Assembly: GCA_016935335.1 (NCBI GenBank)
Contig: JAFGRE010000058.1
Location: 1-58,673 of the forward strand
Length of the DNA stretch: 58,673 nt
Direction: 5' to 3'
Origin: Deltaproteobacteria bacterium
GTDB taxonomy: Bacteria; Desulfobacterota; WTBG01; JAGOGO01
In this document: positions 1 to 9,214 of the stretch, piece after piece
Layout of the letters: every line of letters starts with the position of its first letter
Position numbering within the stretch: position 1 is the stretch's first letter
Notes under the pieces: generated by a model
What the model was told of the DNA's origin: nothing
What the model saw: only the letters and a program-made list of their open reading frames with translations
Database searches by the model: none
Program-made: the position numbers and the translations under genes

Positions 1-216
1 AATTATTGCTTCTCAAGGGTATACGGTTGCACCAAACATTGTTTTGGATATTCTCACATGATACGAGGCGGACAAATGGAGAGGGAGGAAGCATTGAGGG
101 AGGAAGAGGAGATGCTGGCGGAGGTCGCGACAGATGACGGCATGCGGACGCTGCTTCTGGAGAAGATCGGATTATCGACAAAAGAAGTGAACCGGGTTTT
201 ATCCCTTAAGAACTAA
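1..216 (+). CDS. 3' end of an unidentified CDS truncated by the window edge
   Basis: Frame 1 is open from base 1 to TAA at 214-216 (...GYSHMIRGGQMEREEALREEEEMLAEV...LSLKN*). It is absent from the ORF track because it has no start. The tail vaguely resembles C-termini of PP-loop N-acetyl-sugar amidotransferases, which I cannot verify. Confidence 0.35.
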   Translation, partial: NYCFSRVYGCTKHCFGYSHMIRGGQMEREEALREEEEMLAEVATDDGMRTLLLEKIGLSTKEVNRVLSLKN

Positions 217-385
217 AGGTAAAATATCATTGTCCAAGATGGTGGCTCACATTATGGGAAAGGAATGCTGCGCCGATCGTAAGAGGGCAGAGCATAGTTC
301 CTCTTTAAAGAAGTTCTGGTCTATAAAAATGGAAGACGTCAGGCAGAATGATGTTCAGATGGTCGCAGGCTTTGAGGGGGAAAAT

Positions 386-751
386 ATGAAAAGCCGAAAC
401 TCCCAAGATTTCGGTCTTGTTTACAGCACTGAGGAAGGGAGGATGTGTCCTGCTTGCTGCAAGCCCATTGATGCCTGCGTGTGCCGGCGAAACGAGACGA
501 AAACCCGCGATGATGGAGTTGTGAGGGTAGGGCGTTCAACACGAGACCGCAACGGGAAAGAAATGACGCTAATCACCGGAATCCCTCTGGATCATGATGG
601 ACTTTTGATACTTGCGAAACAGCTTAAACAAAAATGTGGTGCCGGAGGGACTATGAGAGACGGTGTAATCGAAATTCAGGGCGATCACCGCGACATGGTG
701 GTGGAGGACCTGGGAAGGCGAGGATACACCGTGAAACGTTCGGGTGGGTGA
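386..751 (+). CDS. yciH: SUI1/YciH-family translation initiation factor
   Basis: The track ORF is 230-751. The internal ATG at 386 follows GAGGGGG and gives about 121 aa, the usual YciH size. C-x2-CC...C-x-C region followed by 'VRVGRSTRDRNGKEMTLITGI...KCGAGGTMRDGVIEIQGDHRD'. Confidence 0.8.
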   Translation: MKSRNSQDFGLVYSTEEGRMCPACCKPIDACVCRRNETKTRDDGVVRVGRSTRDRNGKEMTLITGIPLDHDGLLILAKQLKQKCGAGGTMRDGVIEIQGDHRDMVVEDLGRRGYTVKRSGG

Positions 752-883
752 GGCGTCGGCAGGTATTACCGAGGCTGACAATGACCTTGCGGCCCACTTT
801 TCCCCGCTGTTTCGATCACTGGTATGGTCAGGCAGGCCGTCCTAGATAATCGCGGCCTGATTCGGTACCGGAATCACTAATTT

Positions 884-2128
884 ATGACGAAACCAAGAAT
901 CGCCGTAATCGGAGGTGGCCCAGCGGGTCTGATAGCAGCGGGACAGGCCGCGGAAGCAGGAGGAGAGACGATCCTCTTGGAAAAGATGAATCGTTGCGGC
1001 CGTAAGCTATGTATTACCGGCAAGGGTCGTTGCAATATAACCAACGTAGCAAATGTAGCGGATTTTATCGACCACTTCGGCACAAAGGGCCGCTTCCTTC
1101 GTCAGGCGTTTTCCCGATTTTTCACCCCCGAACTTATGGGTTTTTTTGAGGAACGGGGGCTGGCTTTGATAACGGAACGGGGGGGTCGTGTTTTTCCCGC
1201 CAGCGGCAAGGCTTCGGACGTTCTGCACGTGCTCCTGAAATGGCTTAGGCAATGCGGGGTAGGGATCAAATATTCTTCAAGGGTTGATGACCTGTTAACC
1301 GGCAACGGCCGTATCGCCGGGGTGGTCTGCCGAGGTGGGAGAATTTCCTGTGATGCGGTGATTTTGGCTACCGGCGGCGCCTCGTATCCGGCGACCGGGT
1401 CAACCGGAGACGGATATCGGCTTGCAGAATCCGTCGGCCATAGCATTGTACCGATTCGGCCGGCGCTTGTCCCTCTGGAAACCTTGGGCGATGCGGCGAA
1501 GGAGATGGCCGGACTTACCCTGCGCAATGTCGTGGTCCAACTGCTCGTCAACGGCCGAAAAGGGAAGAAAGCTTTCGGAGAAATGACTTTCGCAGCTTTC
1601 GGCGTCACCGGTCCGGTCATTCTCACAGTAAGCGGGGCAGCCGTGGATGCCCTGCGAGCGGGAGACGCCGTTGCGCTTTCCATCGATCTCAAGCCGGCTC
1701 TCGATGAGAAGAAACTCGATGCCCGGCTTCTGCGCGATTTCTCCTCGCGGAGCCGGGAGGGATTTAGCAGTTTGTTGCGGGGTTTACTGCCGGCGGAGAT
1801 GGTTCCCGTTTGTCTCCGGTTCACGGGTATTGCTCCCGATCGCACGGCAGGCATTGTCACTGCCGCCGAACGAAGGCGACTGCGAGCATGGCTCAAAGAC
1901 TTCAGGCTGGAAGTGACCGGACATCGTCCCTTTACCGAAGCGATTATAACGGCGGGGGGGGTGAATTCCGGGGAGATCGATCCCCGGACCATGGAGTCGC
2001 GCCGGACAAAGGGCCTGTTCATCGCCGGTGAACTTCTCGACGTCCACGCCGACACCGGTGGGTATAATCTTCAGGCCGCTTTCTCGACCGGTTGGGTTGC
2101 GGGCCGCTCCGCGGTTCGTGGGGTATAG
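884..2128 (+). CDS. NAD(P)/FAD-dependent oxidoreductase, HI0933/BaiN-like flavoprotein
   Basis: N-terminal dinucleotide fold 'IAVIGGGPAGLIAAGQAA', then 'GRKLCITGKGRCNITN' and C-terminal 'ITAGGV...GLFIAGELLDVHADTGGYNLQAAFSTGWVAG', typical of the TIGR00275 family. Confidence 0.8.
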   Translation: MTKPRIAVIGGGPAGLIAAGQAAEAGGETILLEKMNRCGRKLCITGKGRCNITNVANVADFIDHFGTKGRFLRQAFSRFFTPELMGFFEERGLALITERGGRVFPASGKASDVLHVLLKWLRQCGVGIKYSSRVDDLLTGNGRIAGVVCRGGRISCDAVILATGGASYPATGSTGDGYRLAESVGHSIVPIRPALVPLETLGDAAKEMAGLTLRNVVVQLLVNGRKGKKAFGEMTFAAFGVTGPVILTVSGAAVDALRAGDAVALSIDLKPALDEKKLDARLLRDFSSRSREGFSSLLRGLLPAEMVPVCLRFTGIAPDRTAGIVTAAERRRLRAWLKDFRLEVTGHRPFTEAIITAGGVNSGEIDPRTMESRRTKGLFIAGELLDVHADTGGYNLQAAFSTGWVAGRSAVRGV

Positions 2129-2137
2129 GGGGGATCA

Positions 2138-3841
2138 ATGTTTTTACCTACCACTAAAGAGGAAGTAAAAGAGCGTGGCTGGGACACACTGGATGTAATT
2201 TTGGTAACCGGCGACGCGTATATTGACTCGCCCTTTGTGGGCGTAGCCGTCATCGGCAAAGTCCTTCTCAATGCCGGCTACGCGGTGGGCATTATTGGCC
2301 AACCGGATACAACAACGGACCGGGACATTGGGCGGCTTGGCGAGCCGCGGTTATTTTGGGGCGTTACCGGAGGGTGCATCGATTCCATGGTCGCCAACTA
2401 TACGGCAATGGGACGGAAACGCAAACGTGACGACTATACTCCGGGGGGTGTAAACACCCGGCGCCCTGATCGGGCGGTGATTGTTTACAGTAATCTTATC
2501 CGACACTATTTTAAGGACACGCGCCCCATTGTTCTGGGCGGAATCGAAGCAAGCCTTCGGCGGATAGCGCATTTTGATTTCTGGTCCAACCGGATACGGA
2601 AATCAATTCTTTTTGATGCCAAAGGTGACTACCTTCTCTATGGCATGGCGGAGCGATCGGTTGTTGATCTTGCCTCCTGCCTGAGGGAAGGAAGAGATCC
2701 CCGTTCTATCCGGGGGATATGCTATGTCTCCAAAACCATCCCGCCGGGATGCCTGGAACTGTCGTCCTTCCGGGAAGCAGCGGAAGACAAAGACGCTTTC
2801 ACCAGAATGTTCCACATTTTCTATCGCAACAATGATCCGCTGACGGCGTTACCACTTGCCCAAAAACAGGACACGCGCTGTCTCATTCAGAATCCTCCGG
2901 CGCCGTATCTCTCGGCAGGAGAACTCGATGGCGTATACAACCTGGGCTATCAACGGGATATCCACCCTTTCCACCAGGGGCAGGGCGAGGTTAAGGCACT
3001 GGAGACCATGCGGTTCTCAATTGCTTCTCACCGCGGCTGTTATGGCGAATGCAATTTTTGTGCTATCGCGATTCATGAGGGGAGGACGGTACGATGGCGA
3101 AGCCAGGAGTCGATCATTGCCGAAGCGCAGGAGATAGTATCGCATCCTTTATTCAAGGGGACCATTCAGGATGTGGGCGGGCCGACGGCAAACATGTACG
3201 GATTTGAGTGTGCGAAAAAGGAGACGGAAGGATTCTGCGCAGAGAAACGATGCCTCTTCCCGAAGGTATGTCCGAACCTTAAAGTGAATCACGGGAAACA
3301 AATATCGCTTCTTAAAGAACTCCGTAGTATTAAAGGTATTCGGAAGATAGTCATTGCCTCCGGTATAAGACATGACATGGTTTTGGGAGACAAAGTAAAT
3401 GGAACGAGATACTTGACGGAAGTTATCCGCCACCACGTTTCGGGGCAAATGAAGATCGCGCCGGAGCACTCCGAAGTCCATGTATTGGAGAAGATGGGCA
3501 AACCGGGCCACGATTTAATTGTGAAGTTCAGAGATCTTTTTTTTAAACTGACTAAAAAGGAAGGTAAAAAGCAGTTTCTGACCTACTACATGATCGCCGC
3601 CCATCCCGGCTGCTGCGAAGACGATATGAAGAGGCTCAAGGCATTTGCCGTGCATGAATTGAGGCTTCTGCCCGAACAGGTGCAGGTTTTCACGCCCACG
3701 CCGTCGACTTACTCCACGGTTATGTACTGGACTGAACGGGATCCCTTTACCGGAGAGCACATTTTTGTGGAGAAGACCTATCGCGGCAGGGAAAGACAGA
3801 AAAATATTTTGACGAGCCGCAGCGTTGGTCAAACGTACTAA
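2138..3841 (+). CDS. ygiQ: YgiQ-family radical SAM protein (UPF0313)
   Basis: N-terminus 'MFLPTTKEEVKERGWDTLDVILVTGDAYIDSPFVG', CxxxCxxC 'CYGECNFC', 567 aa. GGGGGG RBS upstream of the ATG. Confidence 0.85.
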   Translation: MFLPTTKEEVKERGWDTLDVILVTGDAYIDSPFVGVAVIGKVLLNAGYAVGIIGQPDTTTDRDIGRLGEPRLFWGVTGGCIDSMVANYTAMGRKRKRDDYTPGGVNTRRPDRAVIVYSNLIRHYFKDTRPIVLGGIEASLRRIAHFDFWSNRIRKSILFDAKGDYLLYGMAERSVVDLASCLREGRDPRSIRGICYVSKTIPPGCLELSSFREAAEDKDAFTRMFHIFYRNNDPLTALPLAQKQDTRCLIQNPPAPYLSAGELDGVYNLGYQRDIHPFHQGQGEVKALETMRFSIASHRGCYGECNFCAIAIHEGRTVRWRSQESIIAEAQEIVSHPLFKGTIQDVGGPTANMYGFECAKKETEGFCAEKRCLFPKVCPNLKVNHGKQISLLKELRSIKGIRKIVIASGIRHDMVLGDKVNGTRYLTEVIRHHVSGQMKIAPEHSEVHVLEKMGKPGHDLIVKFRDLFFKLTKKEGKKQFLTYYMIAAHPGCCEDDMKRLKAFAVHELRLLPEQVQVFTPTPSTYSTVMYWTERDPFTGEHIFVEKTYRGRERQKNILTSRSVGQTY

Positions 3842-3890
3842 TTGAAAGGTTAGGCGCGAAAATACCGCGGTTGGTTGAAAGGGGAAACAG

Positions 3891-4283
3891 ATGGATATTA
3901 TTGCGACTGATAAAGCGCCGGCCGCCATCGGACCGTATTCGCAAGCGGTGAAGGCTGATGGTTTCATCTTTTGTTCCGGACAGCTTGGGATCGACCCGGT
4001 CACGGGAATGCTTGTCGGGGATGACATTGAGAGTCAGACACGCCAAGTTTTGAATAATATTCGGGCACTCCTGGGTGCTTGCGGCCTTGACTTGACCACT
4101 GTCGTCAAGACCACAATCTTCCTTGCCGACCTGGATAATTTTCCGGTGGTGAATGCCATCTACGGCAAGGAGTTCGGCGACCATACGCCGGCACGGGCCA
4201 CGGTTGAGGTGTCCCGGTTACCTCTGGACGCGTTGATAGAGATAGAGTGCATAGCTCAGATGAGAAAAGTGACAAGGGCATGA
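3891..4283 (+). CDS. ridA: RidA/YjgF-family reactive-intermediate deaminase
   Basis: 'APAAIGPYSQAV...IFCSGQLGIDPVTG...ARATVEVSRLPLDALIEIECIA', 130 aa. GGGGAAA RBS. Confidence 0.85.
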   Translation: MDIIATDKAPAAIGPYSQAVKADGFIFCSGQLGIDPVTGMLVGDDIESQTRQVLNNIRALLGACGLDLTTVVKTTIFLADLDNFPVVNAIYGKEFGDHTPARATVEVSRLPLDALIEIECIAQMRKVTRA

Positions 4284-4508
4284 GGATGTGAGGACTATTT
4301 TGTGCCCAGTGCGGTTTTATGGTTTACAGCGCTGACGGTTTGTGGCGGTTTTGGGTAAGATAATGACCAGCGTGCTGAGTGGCGACCTCAGTGAAGTGCG
4401 AGTCTTTTTTAGTTTGTTTTGTCTGCAGGAACACAGCCGCATTGTGGGCGCAGCCTCGGCGCCTTGGCGTTAAGCGAAGTTGAATGCTCTTCCCCTCGTG
4501 GATACCGA

Positions 4509-5792
4509 TCAATCGCCGGCAAAATTACGCAACATCATCGTCATATTGTGGGGCAGTTGAGTGGATACGGCAGATGCGACAGCCAAGAGGATTTTCGCTG
4601 TCTTTCGGACGCCGCTCGATTTACTTTTACAGGCCGATTCAATCTCCGGAACGGTAAAAGCGGGGTTGATAAGGGCCGCTCTGAATTCAATTTTCTCCAA
4701 CCAACGCCGGGAGAGAAGAGCAGCTAAGCCATCGGAGACCTCGTTTGCCCACATTCTCTGGAATAGTAAGGTGGTTGCAACAAGGACGTGAGCATAAAAG
4801 AGATCGTTTGGCATTACCGAACCGGCGGTGCCGACATTGAGGGCGGCCAGGAGTCGGCTCTGGCGGTCCTGTTTATCATCCCGCATTGTGGTAATTGCTT
4901 CTTTGGTTGGCAAGGAAAGGATCAATTCGGCCTGGGCCACCCATGCGTTGATTTCGTTTAAATCGTTCCGACCGTAAATTTTTGTGCGCCATGTTTCAAA
5001 AATGGCGGGATTCACCGTACCTTGAGCCGCCAGGGCAACCAAGGCGGCGAAGAGAAGCTGTGGTTTGTCCTCTTGAAAAATGAGGTACCGATTATCATCG
5101 TGAGTCAGGGCTGGTTCACCCTTCAGCTGTTTTCCCTTGGCTTTTTGTTCCGCCAACTCTTGGTGGGCTTTATATAGAACGTCATTTTGCAGAGGGAAGG
5201 TTTCAAATTGGAGGGTACGAAAACCGTGTTTTATTTCCAGATCGGCAGCATAATATCGTACCGCGGGAAAGCGTGAGTCCAAAAGATGTCCCTTTACCTC
5301 CTCGCAAAGGGAGGAACCGGTGTTGAGACAATATTCGATTCGGGCCAGAGACAGCCACAAGAAATCAAGATGAATGTCCGGAAGGCGATGAGTGTCTTCC
5401 CTGGATTTTGGGTTGCTGCAGAATCCCGGTTCGGGTTCCGCAGCTTTAGTGATCGGTTCCTCATCCAGAGAGCCGTCAATCCAAAAGAGGGCAAATCCGG
5501 TGGTTTTGATAAGGGTTCGGGCCGAAAGGTCGTGGCCTTTGTGAGGGTAGTGCTCAAGATCGCGCAGAAGCTTGACAAAGACGGAGAAGGATTGCTGGTA
5601 TTCCCCCCCCTTCCACAGCGACAATCCGGCATCAGCTAGAAAGGCTAGTGAAGAAACGCTGCTTCCCAATGCCTTTGAGCGTTCGGAACATTCCCTGAAG
5701 TGCCGCGCGGCTTGGGACCAATCACCGGTACGGGCTGCCGATACGGCTGATTCGCGGTCCGATGAAAGTGGATGTGGATTGTTATTTTTCAT
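4509..5792 (-). CDS. hypothetical protein, all-helical, no recognisable family
   Basis: Single long ORF (427 aa) with normal composition. The overlapping opposite-strand ORFs are short. No motif I can assign. One TPR-like helix pair near the N-terminus. Confidence 0.6.
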   Translation of the reverse strand: MKNNNPHPLSSDRESAVSAARTGDWSQAARHFRECSERSKALGSSVSSLAFLADAGLSLWKGGEYQQSFSVFVKLLRDLEHYPHKGHDLSARTLIKTTGFALFWIDGSLDEEPITKAAEPEPGFCSNPKSREDTHRLPDIHLDFLWLSLARIEYCLNTGSSLCEEVKGHLLDSRFPAVRYYAADLEIKHGFRTLQFETFPLQNDVLYKAHQELAEQKAKGKQLKGEPALTHDDNRYLIFQEDKPQLLFAALVALAAQGTVNPAIFETWRTKIYGRNDLNEINAWVAQAELILSLPTKEAITTMRDDKQDRQSRLLAALNVGTAGSVMPNDLFYAHVLVATTLLFQRMWANEVSDGLAALLSRRWLEKIEFRAALINPAFTVPEIESACKSKSSGVRKTAKILLAVASAVSTQLPHNMTMMLRNFAGD

Positions 5793-6384
5793 TTTTCTTT
5801 CTAATTATATAAGAAAGTTGGTTTGCTTTCTGCCGGGATAAATCCAGCTTGTGGGACAATGGTTATTTAAAAAAACTTTATATAGCAAGGGGAGGGACGG
5901 TAAGTCAACCTTAAATATTTCCTTGGTCTTACTGAGGGCTTTTGCTTCAGAGACGCGGTTAAGGGGAGTTTTTTGGGCGGTTAACCCGGAAGGTGACGAC
6001 AAAGGTCAAGCTGACAAACCGGGTTGTCTTGATTCGGCGGAATGCAGGAAATGCGATGACGAGGCCTGCGAGAGAAGGCAAAGGCGATGGTAATAATCCG
6101 GAGCAGCAACCCCGGGATTTTTCACAATTACCTGCTCATATCTGTCATGAGGGTCAGGGAAACTGTCGATTCTCCAGGGGAGTGAGGGCATGGCATTATA
6201 GAAGGAAGCCGACGGGAAAGGACGGTCGGGGATTCAGGAGGCATTCGGAGCAAATTGCCAACAGTACCGGGAATTATTAGAAAAAACAAACCGCTTGAAG
6301 GGCTGTCTGTGAATATTAGGTCTTCGTGGATAAAAAGGGAATTTTGAGGTGATTGGAGGGGGAAGCAGCGAGAAATATACTGAT

Positions 6385-6867
6385 ATGAAAAGGTGTTCTT
6401 TATGGATGGCGGCAGCAATTCTTTGGATGGGAGTGACCGGTTGTTTTCCTCCCGTGGTCAGAACCGATTTGGAGACCCTCATCGCAAATCCTGAAAAGTT
6501 TTACGGGAAAGAAGTAATCGTTACCGCTGATGTTAAAAGTGTGCTGGAATCACCCGAGGAATATAAAGGGAGAAAGATCGAAGTGACCGGCTATGTTGAC
6601 TATCGAGGCTGGCGCGGATTTCGGGCGTGGCATTTTTTCTTGAGTGACGAAGAGGGTCGTAAGCTGCGCTGCTACGAAGGAGTCTATCGCGTGGAAGGGT
6701 GGATTATACCCGTTGTGACGGCAAAGCGTGCGGCACGGGATCAGAATCCTCTCACAGTGGTGGGAAGACTTGAGAAGTCTATGAATATCGAGCTTGATTA
6801 TATAGAATATGAAGGCCAGTATATTGATACTGACGCAAAACCAGCGAGGTTTCCTTTGATGCATTGA
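6385..6867 (+). CDS. hypothetical lipoprotein
   Basis: 'MKRCSLWMAAAILWMGVTGC' has a positive n-region, a hydrophobic core and a lipobox Cys. The track ORF starts at GTG 6349; I prefer ATG 6385. Confidence 0.6.
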   Translation: MKRCSLWMAAAILWMGVTGCFPPVVRTDLETLIANPEKFYGKEVIVTADVKSVLESPEEYKGRKIEVTGYVDYRGWRGFRAWHFFLSDEEGRKLRCYEGVYRVEGWIIPVVTAKRAARDQNPLTVVGRLEKSMNIELDYIEYEGQYIDTDAKPARFPLMH

Positions 6868-6899
6868 GAGACTCAAAATTATACAACAAGGATGGAGAG

Positions 6900-7325
6900 A
6901 TGAAGTACAAGGAACTGACACCTATTCTTATGGTTGAAGATGTTAATGAAACTGTGGACTATTATGCCAGTTTGCTGGGCTTTCAGTTCGCCAAGGCGGT
7001 GGTTTCGGGCACAACCGAACTGGTTTTCCGACGCGAAGAAGGCCAACGGTACGACTATGCCATGATGAAACGCGATGGTGTTGAAATCATGTTTCAGGCA
7101 CAAAAAAGCATTTCTGCTGACATACCCGCGCTCGAAGGATTGGCCGTGATGGCCTCGCTGCTTCTCTACATAAAAGTCACCGACGCGAGGCAGTTATACG
7201 ATGCCATCAGCGATAAGGCAATCGTTATAAAACCGTTGACTACCACCTTCTACGGAAGAGATGAATTTTTTATCAAGGACTGCAACGGATATATCCTCGG
7301 GTTTGCCTCCTCGGTACCCTCTTAG
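6900..7325 (+). CDS. VOC (glyoxalase/bleomycin-resistance) family protein
   Basis: 'LTPILMVEDVNETVDYYASLLGFQF...FYGRDEFFIKDCNGYILGF'. GGAGAG RBS before ATG 6900. Confidence 0.7.
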   Translation: MKYKELTPILMVEDVNETVDYYASLLGFQFAKAVVSGTTELVFRREEGQRYDYAMMKRDGVEIMFQAQKSISADIPALEGLAVMASLLLYIKVTDARQLYDAISDKAIVIKPLTTTFYGRDEFFIKDCNGYILGFASSVPS

Positions 7326-7476
7326 GAGGGACACTTTTCTTCCCCGGCCACGTTAAGAGAGGCTTGGGCATGTGAGGGTGATAAACGCTAGCCGTGTTGA
7401 TCCCGCGGTTTTGCCGGAAGGGAGGACTGTATGAGAAAGATGCGCCGAAGGAACGAGCGGGGGGCGGGTGCCGTGG

Positions 7477-7505
7477 TTGACAGAAACCCTGACCCGTTTT
7501 ATACT
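7477..7505 (+). promoter_or_regulatory. candidate sigma-70 promoter upstream of the DUF1847 gene
   Basis: TTGACA (7477-7482), 17-nt spacer, TATACT (7500-7505), about 65 nt upstream of ATG 7570. Confidence 0.35.
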
Positions 7506-7569
7506 TTTATTATGTGGTGATGATGATTGGGCCAAGGTAACCGGTTGATCTTCCGAAAAAGGAAATCTC

Positions 7570-8262
7570 ATGGGAGACAAGAACGAGACCTCTTTTCCCA
7601 GCTGTGCGGCATGCAGATTGAGGCTTGAGGAGCGGATTTGCTGGTCCAGGGGCGGAAGTGCGCCCCAGGGCTGCCCCACAGTGCTTCACAGGGAGATTCA
7701 AAAGGAGGCGCAGCGTGAATACGATGTGCCCGAGATTAACGAGTTCGCGCGCCAGGCTTCCATTCAAGAGGCGGAAGCCTACGCGAATCGGCATGAACGG
7801 CCTTATGTGCTTCAACCGACGAAGACGCGCATTATTGAAATCTGTGAGTTTGCCCGCAAGCTGAAGTATGAGCGCCTCGGATTAGCTTTCTGTATCGGGA
7901 TTTCCCGTGAAGCACGCAAGGTGGAAGAGATTTTTAAAGCGCATGACTTTCAGGTTGTTTCGGTGAATTGCAAGGCGGGAAGAGTCCCCAAGGAAAGGAT
8001 CGGAATCCGCGAGGAAGAGAAAGTGTTTCAGGGGACTGAGGAAAGCATCTGCAACCCTATTTATCAGGCACTGCTTTTAAATTATTTGAAAGTGGATCTG
8101 AACGTTGCCCTGGGATTGTGCGTGGGGCACGATTCCTTATTTTTCAAATATGCGGAGGCCCCGGTAACTGTTTTGGCTGTTAAAGACCGCGTAACCGGCC
8201 ATAACCCCCTAGCAGCGATCTATCTCGCAGAAACGTATTATCAAAAAGTGAAACGTCCCTGA
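7570..8262 (+). CDS. DUF1847-family predicted metal-binding protein
   Basis: N-terminal Cys cluster 'CAACRL...C...GCP', then 'LGLAFCIG...CKAG...ICNP...GLCVGHDSLF...VLAVKDRVTGHNP', which I recall as DUF1847. Confidence 0.6.
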   Translation: MGDKNETSFPSCAACRLRLEERICWSRGGSAPQGCPTVLHREIQKEAQREYDVPEINEFARQASIQEAEAYANRHERPYVLQPTKTRIIEICEFARKLKYERLGLAFCIGISREARKVEEIFKAHDFQVVSVNCKAGRVPKERIGIREEEKVFQGTEESICNPIYQALLLNYLKVDLNVALGLCVGHDSLFFKYAEAPVTVLAVKDRVTGHNPLAAIYLAETYYQKVKRP

Positions 8263-8410
8263 TCCTGGATCGTTCGATACGCGGTCTATGTATCACCCGT
8301 GAGACACCCTCGGCCGAATATTCTCTGAAAAAGTCTTGAGCGGTTTGATAGTATCTCTTAGATAAGGTCTGGATAGTCGGCTCTGCTCGTGTTGTGTCGG
8401 CGGGTTGATC

Positions 8411-9214
8411 ATGAAATGTGATATCAGCAAAGAGAGTTATCTCGAACGTTTCCAGGAATACCTCGATTTTGAGAAGATTGTCAAGAGTGAGTACCTTGTA
8501 ATCGGGAAGGTCCTTGCCGAAACCATTAAGACGGCCCTTGGAAATGTCCCAAGAGTTCGTGTTCTTGATGTTGGTTGTGGTGACGGGAGGATGGCAAGTA
8601 CCCTCGTGACACTCTTCGCTTGCACGCAAATGCGTTTGATCTTTGACTTTCTGGATCCCGTTGAAGAGGCACTCACCCTGTATGAACGAAATGTTCCCGA
8701 GGCGCACAGAGGCGCTCGGATCAGGGGGGATTGGGTCTCCTACGACCTGAAACAGCCATATGATGCTATCATTGCAAACAACTCCCTGTGCGGATTTGAT
8801 ACCAGAGAAACGGAAGGTCTCCGTCGCTTTGAGACCGGACTCAAAGCGGGAGGGGTAACCCTTATAACCCTTCCGTCGGTGAAGAGCGACTGGGTGACCT
8901 ATGCGAGGCAGTTGTGGCCATCCGTCCACGGTGCAAGATTCGGAAAGACCGTCTTTGAAGATCTGGCGTCACGCTTTGATTGCCTCGGCATCAATCATGA
9001 GGATCGGTTTGTAGAGGTGCCGGTACGGATAGAAAAAACAGGGTGTGATGCTGCGCTCAAGGCGATTTTTTCGATGATGATGTACGTTGATCGTGAACAA
9101 ATCGAAGCGCAATGGTTGTCGGATTATCGTTGGTTTAAGCGGGGAATTCTTTGGCGGCAGGGGTTTCGAATGAAGTTTGTGTACGGCATAACCACGGTGA
9201 GACGAGGAGTATGA
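8411..9214 (+). CDS. class I SAM-dependent methyltransferase
   Basis: Motif I 'VLDVGCGDGRMA' and post-I acidic 'FDFLDP'. The track start TTG 8405 is followed two codons later by ATG 8411. Confidence 0.75.
   Translation: MKCDISKESYLERFQEYLDFEKIVKSEYLVIGKVLAETIKTALGNVPRVRVLDVGCGDGRMASTLVTLFACTQMRLIFDFLDPVEEALTLYERNVPEAHRGARIRGDWVSYDLKQPYDAIIANNSLCGFDTRETEGLRRFETGLKAGGVTLITLPSVKSDWVTYARQLWPSVHGARFGKTVFEDLASRFDCLGINHEDRFVEVPVRIEKTGCDAALKAIFSMMMYVDREQIEAQWLSDYRWFKRGILWRQGFRMKFVYGITTVRRGV

Noticed and set aside
230-385. 52-codon N-terminal extension of yciH in the ORF track
   Set aside because: YciH/SUI1 proteins are ~100-120 aa. The internal ATG at 386 has a good RBS, whereas the extension has none and adds non-conserved sequence.
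1102-2055. 317-aa ORF antisense to the HI0933 flavoprotein gene
   Set aside because: It is Arg/Ser/Pro-rich and low-complexity, which is typical of the reverse frame of a GC-rich gene. The plus-strand ORF has clear FAD-binding motifs.
5851-6418. Short ORFs (80-96 aa) in the 592-bp gap
   Set aside because: They overlap one another on both strands, lack an RBS and have odd composition. None looks like a real gene.
7431-7520. 29-codon ORF (MRKMRRRNERGAGAVVDRNPDPFYTFIMW) with a GGGAGG RBS
   Set aside because: It overlaps the predicted -35/-10 of the DUF1847 promoter. It is a basic, low-complexity peptide, and I have no way to show conservation. I treat it as chance.
8180-8929. 249-aa minus-strand ORF spanning the DUF1847/methyltransferase junction
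   Set aside because: The plus-strand ORF carries the canonical SAM motif I (VLDVGCGDG). The antisense ORF has no RBS or motif.
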